IMG/VR virus record: IMGVR_UViG_3300044635_002180
Location: 1 to 64,000 of that record
Direction: 5' to 3' (one strand)
DNA length: 64,000 nt
Source: a virus
Shown here: positions 37,501 through 45,866 of the stretch, piece by piece
Numbering within the stretch: the stretch's first letter is position 1
How the letters are laid out: each line of letters starts with the position of its first letter
Position numbers and translations under genes: made by a program
The notes under the pieces: generated by a model
Databases searched by the model: none
What the model was told of the DNA's origin: nothing
What the model saw: only the letters and a program-made list of their open reading frames with translations

Positions 37501-38151
37501 GGCTACTATGGTTCATTTTATGATGAACGAAATCAAAATGCCACAAGCCCCACAAGTGCTTATACAGTATCCATGAGTGGTACATTTGAATCAAATGGCA
37601 TTTCTCTCAGCAGCAACAACATAATTTTTCAATATGCTGGAACGTATGAAATTATTTACAGCTTACAAATTGAAAATAGTCATAATGCTCAGGAAGATGT
37701 TCAAGTTTGGTTTACTAAAAATGGTGCAAATATTCCCAATTCAAATTCTGTTTTTACCGTTCATGCAAAAACAGGCAATATAACAGGTAAAATTGTGATG
37801 GTCACACCTTTCATCACCACAGTAAATGCAGGTGATGCAATTGGCATAAAATGGGCAGCAGCAGATACAGGCGTCTCTATAGTCTCTCTGCCACCCAATA
37901 CAACACCAACAACACCTGCTGCTCCCGGTGTAATTTTTACTGTAAAACAAGTCACCAATGTTCAAGTACCAGGATCCATTACATCAAATTATTTGCCACT
38001 TTCAGGTGGCACTCTCACCGGCACTGTTTCAACCAACAGTGACATTGAAATCACAGATTCTACCAAAGGAATCATTTTGAGATCACCCAGCAGCTTTAAA
38101 TACAGAGTAACAGTCAGTGATGCTGGTGAACTCATAACCACTTTAGTATAA
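34582..38151 (+). CDS. large fibre/structural protein: coiled coil, repeated ANS-W modules, C1q/BclA-like C-terminal domain
   Basis: ~470-aa coiled coil, GGGGSVA hinge, YLPLSGG x2, LSALNDV, YYGSFYD; late promoter at 34568-34573. Confidence 0.75.
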   Translation: MVIEVAKHNASIVDVGPSVIACSNITEAFLDVFNIDYGKDFAIIKQAHTYINNNPIIKVDVVVKDQLYKDVEFILIKSEQQGIFINENSLVDGILIEQHQLQEIAEEDATVVDCIAEQMAAVVDNVVVDESTTIDVVDLKQQAKLQQQNKIAQHLHTIQEELSDQVSFELQQTKQSILTEALNLQNKLQQDGIELVQQSIEMFRQQLRDWALSTEHHLTAYAEEAIADVEHQWTEKCVQLLDENKEKSLQHLQQDISIATINSMAAIKEKLSVEIANHLKMVDESNAKKDADIDAFVQMQISQLHGQIEQSQMQKFDAKVAELLIKQHDWLQQNINETTDAYDEKVGQMSNEINKVVAAASTDVVDCIKNADATIAEKIQNALQQLDATAQQLHEQRMQSIEQSVAQVLKDNIAEEQTDVISEARSSARNAVRDALASYKSDVSKDLNAQLMNIQKELHAKMQIYIQSYGGGGSVAMQFADGGTMNGTLNVSNGQILSAGVDLADIFSQSSGGSQTLSFNESTAQLTIAPNGNTVSLSALSGGGAIAAGNYLPLSGGTIAGSVTITNTLSTTTLYATSAYMTIIDITQYELSGFNVTGDVTVNGTLSSSQIIYADSGNSNKWSSVYSTVNANSATTWNYQGADVKALTANWQGTYSTVNTNSAAWGIDNTTDAEVRALTANWQSTYSTVQTNSAGWIQTLVFDESNAQLSISGGNTISLSSLDGGYADRLVNGSYQVMLSSDGIVNIPGTLTVPNLTGGKIITASPFDDISSFYGLTGIPVSQNGVDGTIDISSVGVVTVSNQGKNYTDGVAIIGGGTRILITTTLYGWIFSPDGSITFPDNTIQTTAFIAGEPLFTTWAQTYSANYDSTYTTVNANSASWGGGSTIDTGVRALTSNWQNTYTSFSTQSANNISTYTTVNANSASWGASTGVSYLSALNDVSIPAPVNGQVLTYNAILNKWTAGTPLSATGATGYYGSFYDERNQNATSPTSAYTVSMSGTFESNGISLSSNNIIFQYAGTYEIIYSLQIENSHNAQEDVQVWFTKNGANIPNSNSVFTVHAKTGNITGKIVMVTPFITTVNAGDAIGIKWAAADTGVSIVSLPPNTTPTTPAAPGVIFTVKQVTNVQVPGSITSNYLPLSGGTLTGTVSTNSDIEITDSTKGIILRSPSSFKYRVTVSDAGELITTLV

Positions 38152-38152
38152 T

Positions 38153-38476
38153 ATGCCAATTCATGTAACAACATCTACAACGCAAAGCCTGAGTAACAAA
38201 ACATTTGTTGATCATTTGTCAACAACTGGAGTTGCATATGCAAGTGGTGGCAACAGCAATCAATGGAACAGTGCTTACACCACAGTAAATGCAAATAGCG
38301 CCACATGGGGAACAGGTGGAGGCAGTACCATTGATACAGGTGTTAGAGCTTTAACAGCTGATTGGCAAAGCACATACACAACAGTACTGGCTAATAGCGC
38401 CACATGGGGTACAGGCGGTGGATCATTTACTGTTGAAGATGCCAACACCATCATTGGACTATCCGTGTTTTTATAA
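38153..38476 (+). CDS. short fibre adaptor protein with ANS-W modules
   Basis: TQSLSNKT, two module copies. Confidence 0.7.
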   Translation: MPIHVTTSTTQSLSNKTFVDHLSTTGVAYASGGNSNQWNSAYTTVNANSATWGTGGGSTIDTGVRALTADWQSTYTTVLANSATWGTGGGSFTVEDANTIIGLSVFL

Positions 38477-38488
38477 CTAAATACTTTT

Positions 38489-38839
38489 ATGGCAACTTAT
38501 TCTAAAATTCCTTTTTCACAAAGTTCAAATGGAAAGAGCATTATACTCTCTCTTTCTTCTGCACCAGGTGTATTAATTCACACTGCAGTTGCAACTCCAT
38601 CAACAGATGAAATTTGGCTGTACGCTTCAAATATAACAGCAGCAGACAGCATGACTACTTTTTATTGGGGTACTACTGCAATTGGTGATGTATTAGCCCA
38701 GGTGAATGTGCAGGCATATGCTGGCCTGATATTGATTGTGCCTGGATTAATTCTTAGTGATGCAAATACAATTTACGCCTTTACACAAACACCAAGCGCA
38801 GTTGATATTGCTGGATATGTCAACAGAATCACTGCATAA
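38489..38839 (+). CDS. conserved phage structural beta-protein (IHTA...DEIWLYA...GYVNRI)
   Basis: Late promoter at 38478-38483. Confidence 0.7.
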   Translation: MATYSKIPFSQSSNGKSIILSLSSAPGVLIHTAVATPSTDEIWLYASNITAADSMTTFYWGTTAIGDVLAQVNVQAYAGLILIVPGLILSDANTIYAFTQTPSAVDIAGYVNRITA

Positions 38840-38841
38840 TT

Positions 38842-41202
38842 ATGAGCATCAGATACGGTCAGAAAGCAGCAACGTCTGCGGATAAAATCATCTCTTCCTC
38901 TTTCATGGGGTACAATAGATTTAATAATCTAAACAAACCCATTGCTGCTGCAGGCACCACAGATCGTCCCACTGATTTGCTTGCATCCCCTGTTATCTCT
39001 AGCTCAGAACAGAAGATTGCTTTGTTGGTTTTTATATCAAATGATTCATCTAATTTTTTAGCTTTTACAATTGCAGGCAACTATACAGTTGATTGGGGAG
39101 ATGGAACAGCACCACAAAACGTCTCATCTGGTACCGCTGCGCAATACTCTTACAACTATTCAACATATGATCCAACCAATTCCACTCTAACATCTAGTGG
39201 ATTTAAACAAGCATGGGTGATTATAACACCACAAGGTGGAGCAAATATAACATCTGTAAATCTTCAGACCAGACACTCTTCTGCGCTAGCGGCTAACTAT
39301 TATAGCCAGCCTATAAATGAAATATATCTTTCTGCTCCAAATCTAACATCATTAACAATTGGGTCATCATCTCCTACTACTGTTGTATTTTCTAGATATT
39401 GCAGATACGTTAATTTAATTAATACAGGAGCACTAACCAGTTTTGCAAATTTGTTTTATAGTATGTATTCTTTAGTGCTTGTTGATGTTGGTACAACAGC
39501 CGCAATAACAAGCATGGCTAGTATGTTTGTTTTCTGTTGGAGTTTATTAGATGTTAGATTTAGTTCCAATGCAAATTTAGCGGGGGTGCTGACCACATTT
39601 CAAATGTTTTATGATTGCCGCAGATTAACAGCAGCTCCATTATTCAATACAGCATCCGTGACAAATATGACAACTATGTTTTATCAATGTTATTCATTGG
39701 TGAGTGTACCGCTGTATGATACTCGTAGTTGTACTGCGATGAATCAAATGTTTCAGCTTTGCTATGGACTTAAAACAGTTCCACTATTTAATACAGTTAG
39801 AGTAACAGACATGACACAGATGTTTGCTAACTGCCATGGTTTAGTATCAGTGCCACTATTTAATACAATCGCATTAATAAATATGAGTAGCATGTTTTCT
39901 TCTTGCTACAGTTTAGAGACAGTGCCACTATTCAATACAGCCGCAGTAACAACCATGGCATCTACATTTACTAGCTGTTTCTCTCTACAAAATGTTCCAG
40001 CGTTCAATGCAGCTAATGTTATAAACATGGTCAGCACATTTAACTCATGTCATTCATTGATTAATGTTGGATTGATTAATACTATTAAAGTTCAGGACAT
40101 GTCTAATATGTTTGTAAACTGCTATAGTTTAAAAACAGTTCCTTTATTTAATACCATAGCTGTGACAAACATGACACAGATGTTTAGTGGTTGCGTCAAT
40201 TTAGTAACTGTACCTTTATTTAACACTGGTGCAGTAACAGCGATGAGTAGTATGTTTAACGCTTGTCACAGTCTAACATCAGTGCCTTTATTTAACACAG
40301 CAAACGTCACTTTATTTAACAACATGTTTACCTCTTGTTATAGTTTAACAAGTGTACCATTGTTTAATACTATTAAAGGAACCAACTTTGGTAATATGTT
40401 TCTTGTGTGTACCAGTTTAATGAGTATTCCTACATTCAATACAGTTGCTGCAACTGAAATTACAAGCATGGTTAGCCAGTGTTACAGTTTAAATACATTT
40501 CCTGCTATGAATTTTAGTGCAGTAAATTCTTCAACTCAGACAATCAACCAGTGCTATAGCATGGCTTCTTTCAATGCCACAGGTTTGAGATACACTATGG
40601 ATTTTAGCAATTGTAAATTTTCAAAAGATGCTCTTGAAACAATCTTTGCAAATTTAGGAACAGCTTTTGCAGGCGCAACGAGAACTATAACTATAACAAA
40701 CAACTGGGGCGCACCTACTCCAGTATCATTAACAGGAACACCTGCTGCTGGCTCTACAACCATCACAATGGCAAATACCACTGGTTTATCTGCTGGCATG
40801 CAAGTCACAGGAACCAATACTAGTCTCACAACAGGACGAGCAGTAACATTTATAGATGCAGGTGATTTAGTAAATCTTACAGCACATGGATTGAGCGATG
40901 GAGATGAAGTTGCTTTCTCAGTCATCACCACAACAACAGGCATTGTAATTAATACAATTTATTTTGTGGTTAATGCTGCTGCTGATAATTTTCAAGTAGC
41001 TAGCACATTAGGAGGCTCAGCATTACCATTAACAACCAATGGTTCTGGAACAGTGAAATACAATTCAACCATTGTTAGCATTGTGCCAAATACAAGTGTC
41101 ACCATGTCAAGACCCATGGCTGGTGGTTCAGCGCAAACACTAGCGTTTCGCTTGCTAGGCACATACAGAGCTATTCTCAAAGGATTCGCAGTAACAGGTT
41201 AA
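38842..41202 (+). CDS. putative receptor-binding protein with DUF285/BspA-type LRR-like 22-aa repeats
   Basis: YTVDWGDG; about 15 repeats of VPLFNTxxVTxMxxMFxxCxSL; C-terminal HGL..GD.V....TIYFV module. Confidence 0.8.
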   Translation: MSIRYGQKAATSADKIISSSFMGYNRFNNLNKPIAAAGTTDRPTDLLASPVISSSEQKIALLVFISNDSSNFLAFTIAGNYTVDWGDGTAPQNVSSGTAAQYSYNYSTYDPTNSTLTSSGFKQAWVIITPQGGANITSVNLQTRHSSALAANYYSQPINEIYLSAPNLTSLTIGSSSPTTVVFSRYCRYVNLINTGALTSFANLFYSMYSLVLVDVGTTAAITSMASMFVFCWSLLDVRFSSNANLAGVLTTFQMFYDCRRLTAAPLFNTASVTNMTTMFYQCYSLVSVPLYDTRSCTAMNQMFQLCYGLKTVPLFNTVRVTDMTQMFANCHGLVSVPLFNTIALINMSSMFSSCYSLETVPLFNTAAVTTMASTFTSCFSLQNVPAFNAANVINMVSTFNSCHSLINVGLINTIKVQDMSNMFVNCYSLKTVPLFNTIAVTNMTQMFSGCVNLVTVPLFNTGAVTAMSSMFNACHSLTSVPLFNTANVTLFNNMFTSCYSLTSVPLFNTIKGTNFGNMFLVCTSLMSIPTFNTVAATEITSMVSQCYSLNTFPAMNFSAVNSSTQTINQCYSMASFNATGLRYTMDFSNCKFSKDALETIFANLGTAFAGATRTITITNNWGAPTPVSLTGTPAAGSTTITMANTTGLSAGMQVTGTNTSLTTGRAVTFIDAGDLVNLTAHGLSDGDEVAFSVITTTTGIVINTIYFVVNAAADNFQVASTLGGSALPLTTNGSGTVKYNSTIVSIVPNTSVTMSRPMAGGSAQTLAFRLLGTYRAILKGFAVTG
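39415..40570 (+). repeat. 66-bp degenerate tandem repeat encoding LRR-like units
   Basis: Recurring ccwytwtttaatac...atg...atgttt...tgy motif. Confidence 0.8.
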
Positions 41203-41206
41203 TTTT

Positions 41207-41632
41207 ATGAACAACGCAGGATTTTACAAAAAAGACGAAACGCAAATTTTATTTGCCCCAAATATAGTGGATGGCCCTGGCTATATGCTGGTAGTGGCTG
41301 ATAAAGATTCATATGAGTATCCAGTGGACGGTTGGATTTATGCTGATTCTTTGGATGCTGCAATTGCTTACTTTGCCAGCAATTCGAACGCATCAACTGA
41401 TGCCTTTGATGTGCAACCAGAGAATTATAAACTTGCTACAACCAGAGATGATGAAGCAGAGTTTAATAAATTGATTACGCTCTTGACATTAGCATTGCAA
41501 CAAAATAGAATGCTGCCATCCACAGAGATCGCAATTTGGGACAGCAATAAGCAGCCTCGCACCATCACAGTGCAGCGATTTTTAGAAATCATGGTGGATT
41601 ATGGTCTGCACTGCTACAGCAGCAGAAATTAA
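41207..41632 (+). CDS. putative fibre chaperone/assembly protein
   Basis: GFYK...APN.V...Y.YPVDGW; follows the RBP gene. Confidence 0.55.
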   Translation: MNNAGFYKKDETQILFAPNIVDGPGYMLVVADKDSYEYPVDGWIYADSLDAAIAYFASNSNASTDAFDVQPENYKLATTRDDEAEFNKLITLLTLALQQNRMLPSTEIAIWDSNKQPRTITVQRFLEIMVDYGLHCYSSRN

Positions 41633-42036
41633 CCAACTGCAATCATTTTTATCACTGATGCTTGTGATGCATCGCATTCACAATCTTCTGATTCATAATC
41701 CATGAACTGTGATGCATCAGTGATGTACTGATTGGCAATGGTGATTTTGCTCTGCACCCACCCTGGAATGGTTTCCATGGATTGCAAATGCTGCATCATG
41801 GTTTCCACTTGCTTTTTGATGGCAAGCAAATCAGCCATGGCCATTTTTATCTCTTGATGCTCACCGTGCTGCAATTTATCCATTTGCTCACAATCTTCTG
41901 ATGGTGCATTGCTCAGCATGCCTGGTGTGTTGAATGGACCACCACCAGTTGACATGTCAGCTTGCATTGGCAACCCACCTTCACGAGGGCTCATGTAGTT
42001 TTCCCAAATTAAATCGGATTCAATGGAGTATTTCAT
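41629..42036 (-). CDS. T4-like conserved protein (E..MA...L...IPGWVQSKI), possible head protein
   Basis: Late promoter at 42042-42047. Confidence 0.65.
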   Translation of the reverse strand: MKYSIESDLIWENYMSPREGGLPMQADMSTGGGPFNTPGMLSNAPSEDCEQMDKLQHGEHQEIKMAMADLLAIKKQVETMMQHLQSMETIPGWVQSKITIANQYITDASQFMDYESEDCECDASQASVIKMIAVG

Positions 42037-42094
42037 ATGTTTATTTATTAAAGCAAGCGATGTATGTTCTCAATGCTTTAACAAATTATGCAAA

Positions 42095-42997
42095 TCACCA
42101 AACCGTAATTGCCCCACCAGATGGTAGAGTGACGTTAGTTCCAGCAGTCATGTTAGCAACATTGAAAACTGATGTAGCTGTAATCGTTCCTGTGCCGCCA
42201 CCAATGTTGCCGATGAGCCCAACTGTGCCGTTGTTGGTCGTAACTGTATCGAAATTAGATGAGACTGCTGCACCACTAGTATTTGTAGTGACTGTGCCGT
42301 AGTTGGTGGAGACGATGCCGCCGCTGGCGTTGGTGGTGACTGTGCCGCCGTTGTTGTTGGTGTCGACTGTGCCGTTGTTGGTGGTGACCGTGCCCTGATT
42401 AGTGGTGACTGTGCTGTTGTTGGTGGTGACTGTGCCGTTGTTGGTGTCGACTGTGCCGTTGTTGGTTGTGACCGTGCTCTGATTAGTGTAGATCACACTA
42501 CCAGCGGCGTTGGTAGTGACCAAACTATCGTAGGCGCTGGTGTTGATGGTGCCGTAGTTGTCCGTGACGGTGCCGCCGTTGTTGGTGATGACGGTGCCGT
42601 TGTTGGTGGTGATGGTGTCGTAGTTGGTGGTGACATCGCCGTTGTTGGTGGTGATGGTGTCGTAGTTGTCCGTGACGGTGCCGCCGTTGTTGGTGGTGAT
42701 GGTGCCGTAGTTGGTGGTGACTGTGCCGCCGTTGTTGGTGGTGATGGTGTCGTAGTTGGTGGTGACATCGCCGTTGTTGGTGGTGATGGTGCCGTTGTTG
42801 GTGGTGACCGTACCGTAGTTGATAACAGTGTTATATCCGCTTAAAGGAATTTCATCAACCGTATTACCAGCATTGATTTCGCAATCATCGCTTCCAGTTG
42901 GAATTGAGCCATTAGAGATAGTACCAGCTTGGTCCTGAAACCAGTTGGCAGAATCATTCCAAAGTCCTGATCCTTGATCTATGTAGTAAAGAGTCAT
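42095..42997 (-). CDS. Thr/Asn-rich beta-solenoid adhesin-like protein
   Basis: N-terminal G.W....NW.....P...DD cap, then about 25 TVTTNNG-type units. Confidence 0.75.
   Translation of the reverse strand: MTLYYIDQGSGLWNDSANWFQDQAGTISNGSIPTGSDDCEINAGNTVDEIPLSGYNTVINYGTVTTNNGTITTNNGDVTTNYDTITTNNGGTVTTNYGTITTNNGGTVTDNYDTITTNNGDVTTNYDTITTNNGTVITNNGGTVTDNYGTINTSAYDSLVTTNAAGSVIYTNQSTVTTNNGTVDTNNGTVTTNNSTVTTNQGTVTTNNGTVDTNNNGGTVTTNASGGIVSTNYGTVTTNTSGAAVSSNFDTVTTNNGTVGLIGNIGGGTGTITATSVFNVANMTAGTNVTLPSGGAITVW
42222..42820 (-). repeat. GC-rich 21/24-bp tandem repeat (ggc acc atc acc acc aac aac)
   Basis: Directly visible; C-ending codons unlike the flanks. Confidence 0.9.
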
Positions 42998-43635
42998 GCT
43001 GCAAATTCTTGGTTACGAACGAGCCACCATTTCGTTCCATTATAATTCATTTCAAACAGGCGAGTGAATCCTGATGATACTATTCCACTAAATGTGGTAC
43101 CTTTCGGAGTTTGTATATTTGCTCCTAAAGTGATTGTTCTATCTGCTCCAGAAGCAGTAAAGCGACATTTCCACAAACTACCATCAGTTGCATTTGTTAT
43201 TGCGTTGAGTGTGAGATTACCAGTCATTGTAACTTTTCTGCTGATGCCATCACTTAAACTAGGTGTTATTGATAAAGCATAAGTAAGTGATGTCGGTGCT
43301 GAGCCTGCGCCGGTTGCCCAGGTGCTTGAGTTGGATTGAACTGTTGAATACACTGATGCATTTGATGCACTTTGACTGGAAAATGTTGTGTATGTATTTT
43401 GCCAGTTAGCAGTCAATGCTCTCACGCCTGCATCTGTAGTGCTGTCTGTTGCCCATGAAGCAGAATTTGATCGAACTGTTGAATAAACGCCGAGACTTTT
43501 TTCTACGTTTGTTACAGTAATTTGTGCAAATCCATTGGCACCAGAAAGTGCATTGTCAAGTCTAATCAAAAATTCATCTGATGTTGCAGCAGATGAAGCT
43601 ATTTGTAAGCTTGTAAAATTTATACCTTGTGACAT
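42994..43635 (-). CDS. fibre adaptor protein with ANS-W modules and a C-terminal beta domain
   Basis: Module copies; TMTGNLTL..ITN...G...Y.GTKW; late promoter at 43641-43646. Confidence 0.7.
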   Translation of the reverse strand: MSQGINFTSLQIASSAATSDEFLIRLDNALSGANGFAQITVTNVEKSLGVYSTVRSNSASWATDSTTDAGVRALTANWQNTYTTFSSQSASNASVYSTVQSNSSTWATGAGSAPTSLTYALSITPSLSDGISRKVTMTGNLTLNAITNATDGSLWKCRFTASGADRTITLGANIQTPKGTTFSGIVSSGFTRLFEMNYNGTKWWLVRNQEFAA

Positions 43636-43643
43636 GTGTATAT

Positions 43644-45866
43644 TTATGCTAATTGCAGGATTGATGCATTATCATCCAAGGTTAAAACTGTTGATGAATC
43701 ATCTAAAAATAATTCATACAATGTTGTTGGAATTAGTTGTGCAGAAACACCAGATATGGTGGAGAAAAGATTTAACCCAGCAAAAAGTGCATTGGCCAAC
43801 AATAATTGCATTGTTCCATTATCTTTTGACCAATCATTGTAGCTGCTGCTTGCTCTATTGATTGTAGTATTAGCATCATCCCAATTGATGATGTTGTCTA
43901 ATATTGTTCCTTGTGCAACATTGTTGTATTTGTAGAACAAATAATATTTGTCAAAATCTGCTGCAGCAAAGTCAGCAGGCAAAATTAATCCCCATCCCCA
44001 ATAATTGTTGTAAGCACTCAAGGCATAAGTTTGCTTGTTTGCATCTATGAATTGCAAATTGCTGGAGCTCAAAGCATCAGTGTTGATTAATCTGTATGTG
44101 TTACTGAATTTTTCATATGCAACAATGCTCTGTGATGCAGATCCTGCTGTTAAAATGGCTGTGAGTGCATCAAGTTTATCACCTAAATTTATTCCCCATG
44201 TTGTACTATAATCAAAACCTTTTTTATCAAAATTATCAGCAAATTCATTGGCATGTCCCCAAAGTTTGCTTTGCTTGATGCTCAATGCATCCATGATGCG
44301 TGCAAGATTTGCTGGCACAGAAAAGTTGTAGCTATCAAATTGTTTGATGTTTATATTGAGCATCTGCTTCAAAGAATATAAAGCAGGAATGTTGCATGCA
44401 TTGATGTCTTGGGTGTTTGAAACAAAGTTGGACATTTTTTCATGAACTCTTTTGCCAAGCACATTGGGAGTTGCATCTGCATCACCCACAATGGTGCCCA
44501 AAAAGCCATCAAAGAACGCAGTTTTATCAAGCAGCGTCTCTTGAAATCTATAACTCTTGTATGTTGCCGCTTGATCAAAGTTTTCATTGATTTTTGCCAG
44601 ATAATAATCATTGTCCATCACAGCAAATGCAGCTGATTCACCAGAAAGTGTTTGAATGCCAAAAATAGAGCTCACTTGAGCAGTAGATGTTATTTTGATG
44701 CTGCTCAGAGGTGTATTAAAGGAGCAATATCCTTTGTAAATGCCTGTATCGTAATTGGCAAAAAAGCCAAACTCATCATTGAATGCTGCTGTTAAAGGTG
44801 CATTGGTTGTTGCATCAACAACATCGATTTGAATGGTATTTGCTGATAAAGAACCATTGCTATCCACTCTTTTCAAGTTTGAACAATATTTGCATGCAGC
44901 ATCATTTGCATCAGTGATTTGAACAACAAAAGGAATGCGAGTATTTGCAAACTGCATTGCATTTATTTGCATTGCACTGAGGCCAGTGCTTGTGATGCTT
45001 AAAAATGCAGGTGGCATTGATGTGAGTGTGCAATAAAAAGATTGCGCGTTTGTCTGCAATACTGGCAATGCAGTGGCAGCAGCATTGTTGTAATCTGGAA
45101 ACGTTACATTTGTGAAGTGTGCTAATATCAGTGTTGGATGCGTGGTGGTTGGTTCATCATCTTTGTAAGATGCAGTTGCAACTCCAGATGTTCCTACAAA
45201 TGTAGCATTTTGATCCAATGCATTGCAAAAAACAATGCGGTTGTTTGCAATTTTTACATACAATTCTTCATTGGTTGTTTTGATTGTATCACTTGCTGCA
45301 TAATCAAATGCTTGAATATCTTCATTGTAAGCATATTGATAAAATTGACTGTACTTTTTTAAATGAGCATACTTGTCAGCATTATATTCTTGCTGAACTA
45401 TGAATGGTGCATTGTTGCCGCTGACTGCCAATGCAATGGTGTATCCATTGGCACTCAATGCATTGTATGTCTGCCAAGAATTGAATCTATAAATTACAAA
45501 CTTGTTGTTGATGCTGGATGTTTCAAAATTTAAATCTGCAGCAGACAACACAATGCTGTCTTGCAGAAAATTATAAACAGTAACTTTTTGTGTGAAGATG
45601 TCATAATATGATTCACCCTGACCATCATACAAATACAGTGAAACTGTGTATTCACCGGGCAGATCATAAACATGTGTTGCAGTTATGCTCTTGGATGTAG
45701 TTCCATCACCAAAATCCCACAAAACTCTTTTGTTGGAAAACAATGATTCATCATATTGTGGCTTAAAAGTAAATGGAGCTATGCTCAAAGCATAGCCAGA
45801 TGTTGCAAATTCATTGGTAAAATTTACAACATCAAAGTATGCATAGCTGTATTTAACTTGACTCAT
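43644..45866 (-). CDS. PKD-domain baseplate wedge protein (gp7-like position)
   Basis: WDFGDGT...HVY..PG.YTVSL; downstream of gp6. Confidence 0.65.
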   Translation of the reverse strand: MSQVKYSYAYFDVVNFTNEFATSGYALSIAPFTFKPQYDESLFSNKRVLWDFGDGTTSKSITATHVYDLPGEYTVSLYLYDGQGESYYDIFTQKVTVYNFLQDSIVLSAADLNFETSSINNKFVIYRFNSWQTYNALSANGYTIALAVSGNNAPFIVQQEYNADKYAHLKKYSQFYQYAYNEDIQAFDYAASDTIKTTNEELYVKIANNRIVFCNALDQNATFVGTSGVATASYKDDEPTTTHPTLILAHFTNVTFPDYNNAAATALPVLQTNAQSFYCTLTSMPPAFLSITSTGLSAMQINAMQFANTRIPFVVQITDANDAACKYCSNLKRVDSNGSLSANTIQIDVVDATTNAPLTAAFNDEFGFFANYDTGIYKGYCSFNTPLSSIKITSTAQVSSIFGIQTLSGESAAFAVMDNDYYLAKINENFDQAATYKSYRFQETLLDKTAFFDGFLGTIVGDADATPNVLGKRVHEKMSNFVSNTQDINACNIPALYSLKQMLNINIKQFDSYNFSVPANLARIMDALSIKQSKLWGHANEFADNFDKKGFDYSTTWGINLGDKLDALTAILTAGSASQSIVAYEKFSNTYRLINTDALSSSNLQFIDANKQTYALSAYNNYWGWGLILPADFAAADFDKYYLFYKYNNVAQGTILDNIINWDDANTTINRASSSYNDWSKDNGTMQLLLANALFAGLNLFSTISGVSAQLIPTTLYELFLDDSSTVLTLDDNASILQLA

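Larger units (their letters stand above)
36427..43490. repeat. dispersed module (DxGVRALTANWQxTYxTVxxNSAxW) in three genes on both strands
   Basis: Copies at about 36427-36670, 37170-37360 and 38246-38420 (+) and 43315-43490 (-). Confidence 0.8.

Noticed and set aside
39415-40570. 66-bp periodicity as a CRISPR array
   Set aside because: Degenerate at third codon positions inside an intact ORF; a protein repeat with no cas genes
42493-42768. Pro/Thr-rich alternative-frame ORF (SPPTT repeats)
   Set aside because: A by-product of the C/A-rich tandem repeat; no start context or frameshift signal seen
42222-42820. AAC-rich repeat as a DGR template/variable repeat or a CRISPR array
   Set aside because: No reverse transcriptase in the window; substitutions are not adenine-restricted (ggc/gac, ggc/agc); units are contiguous and in frame with no unique spacers
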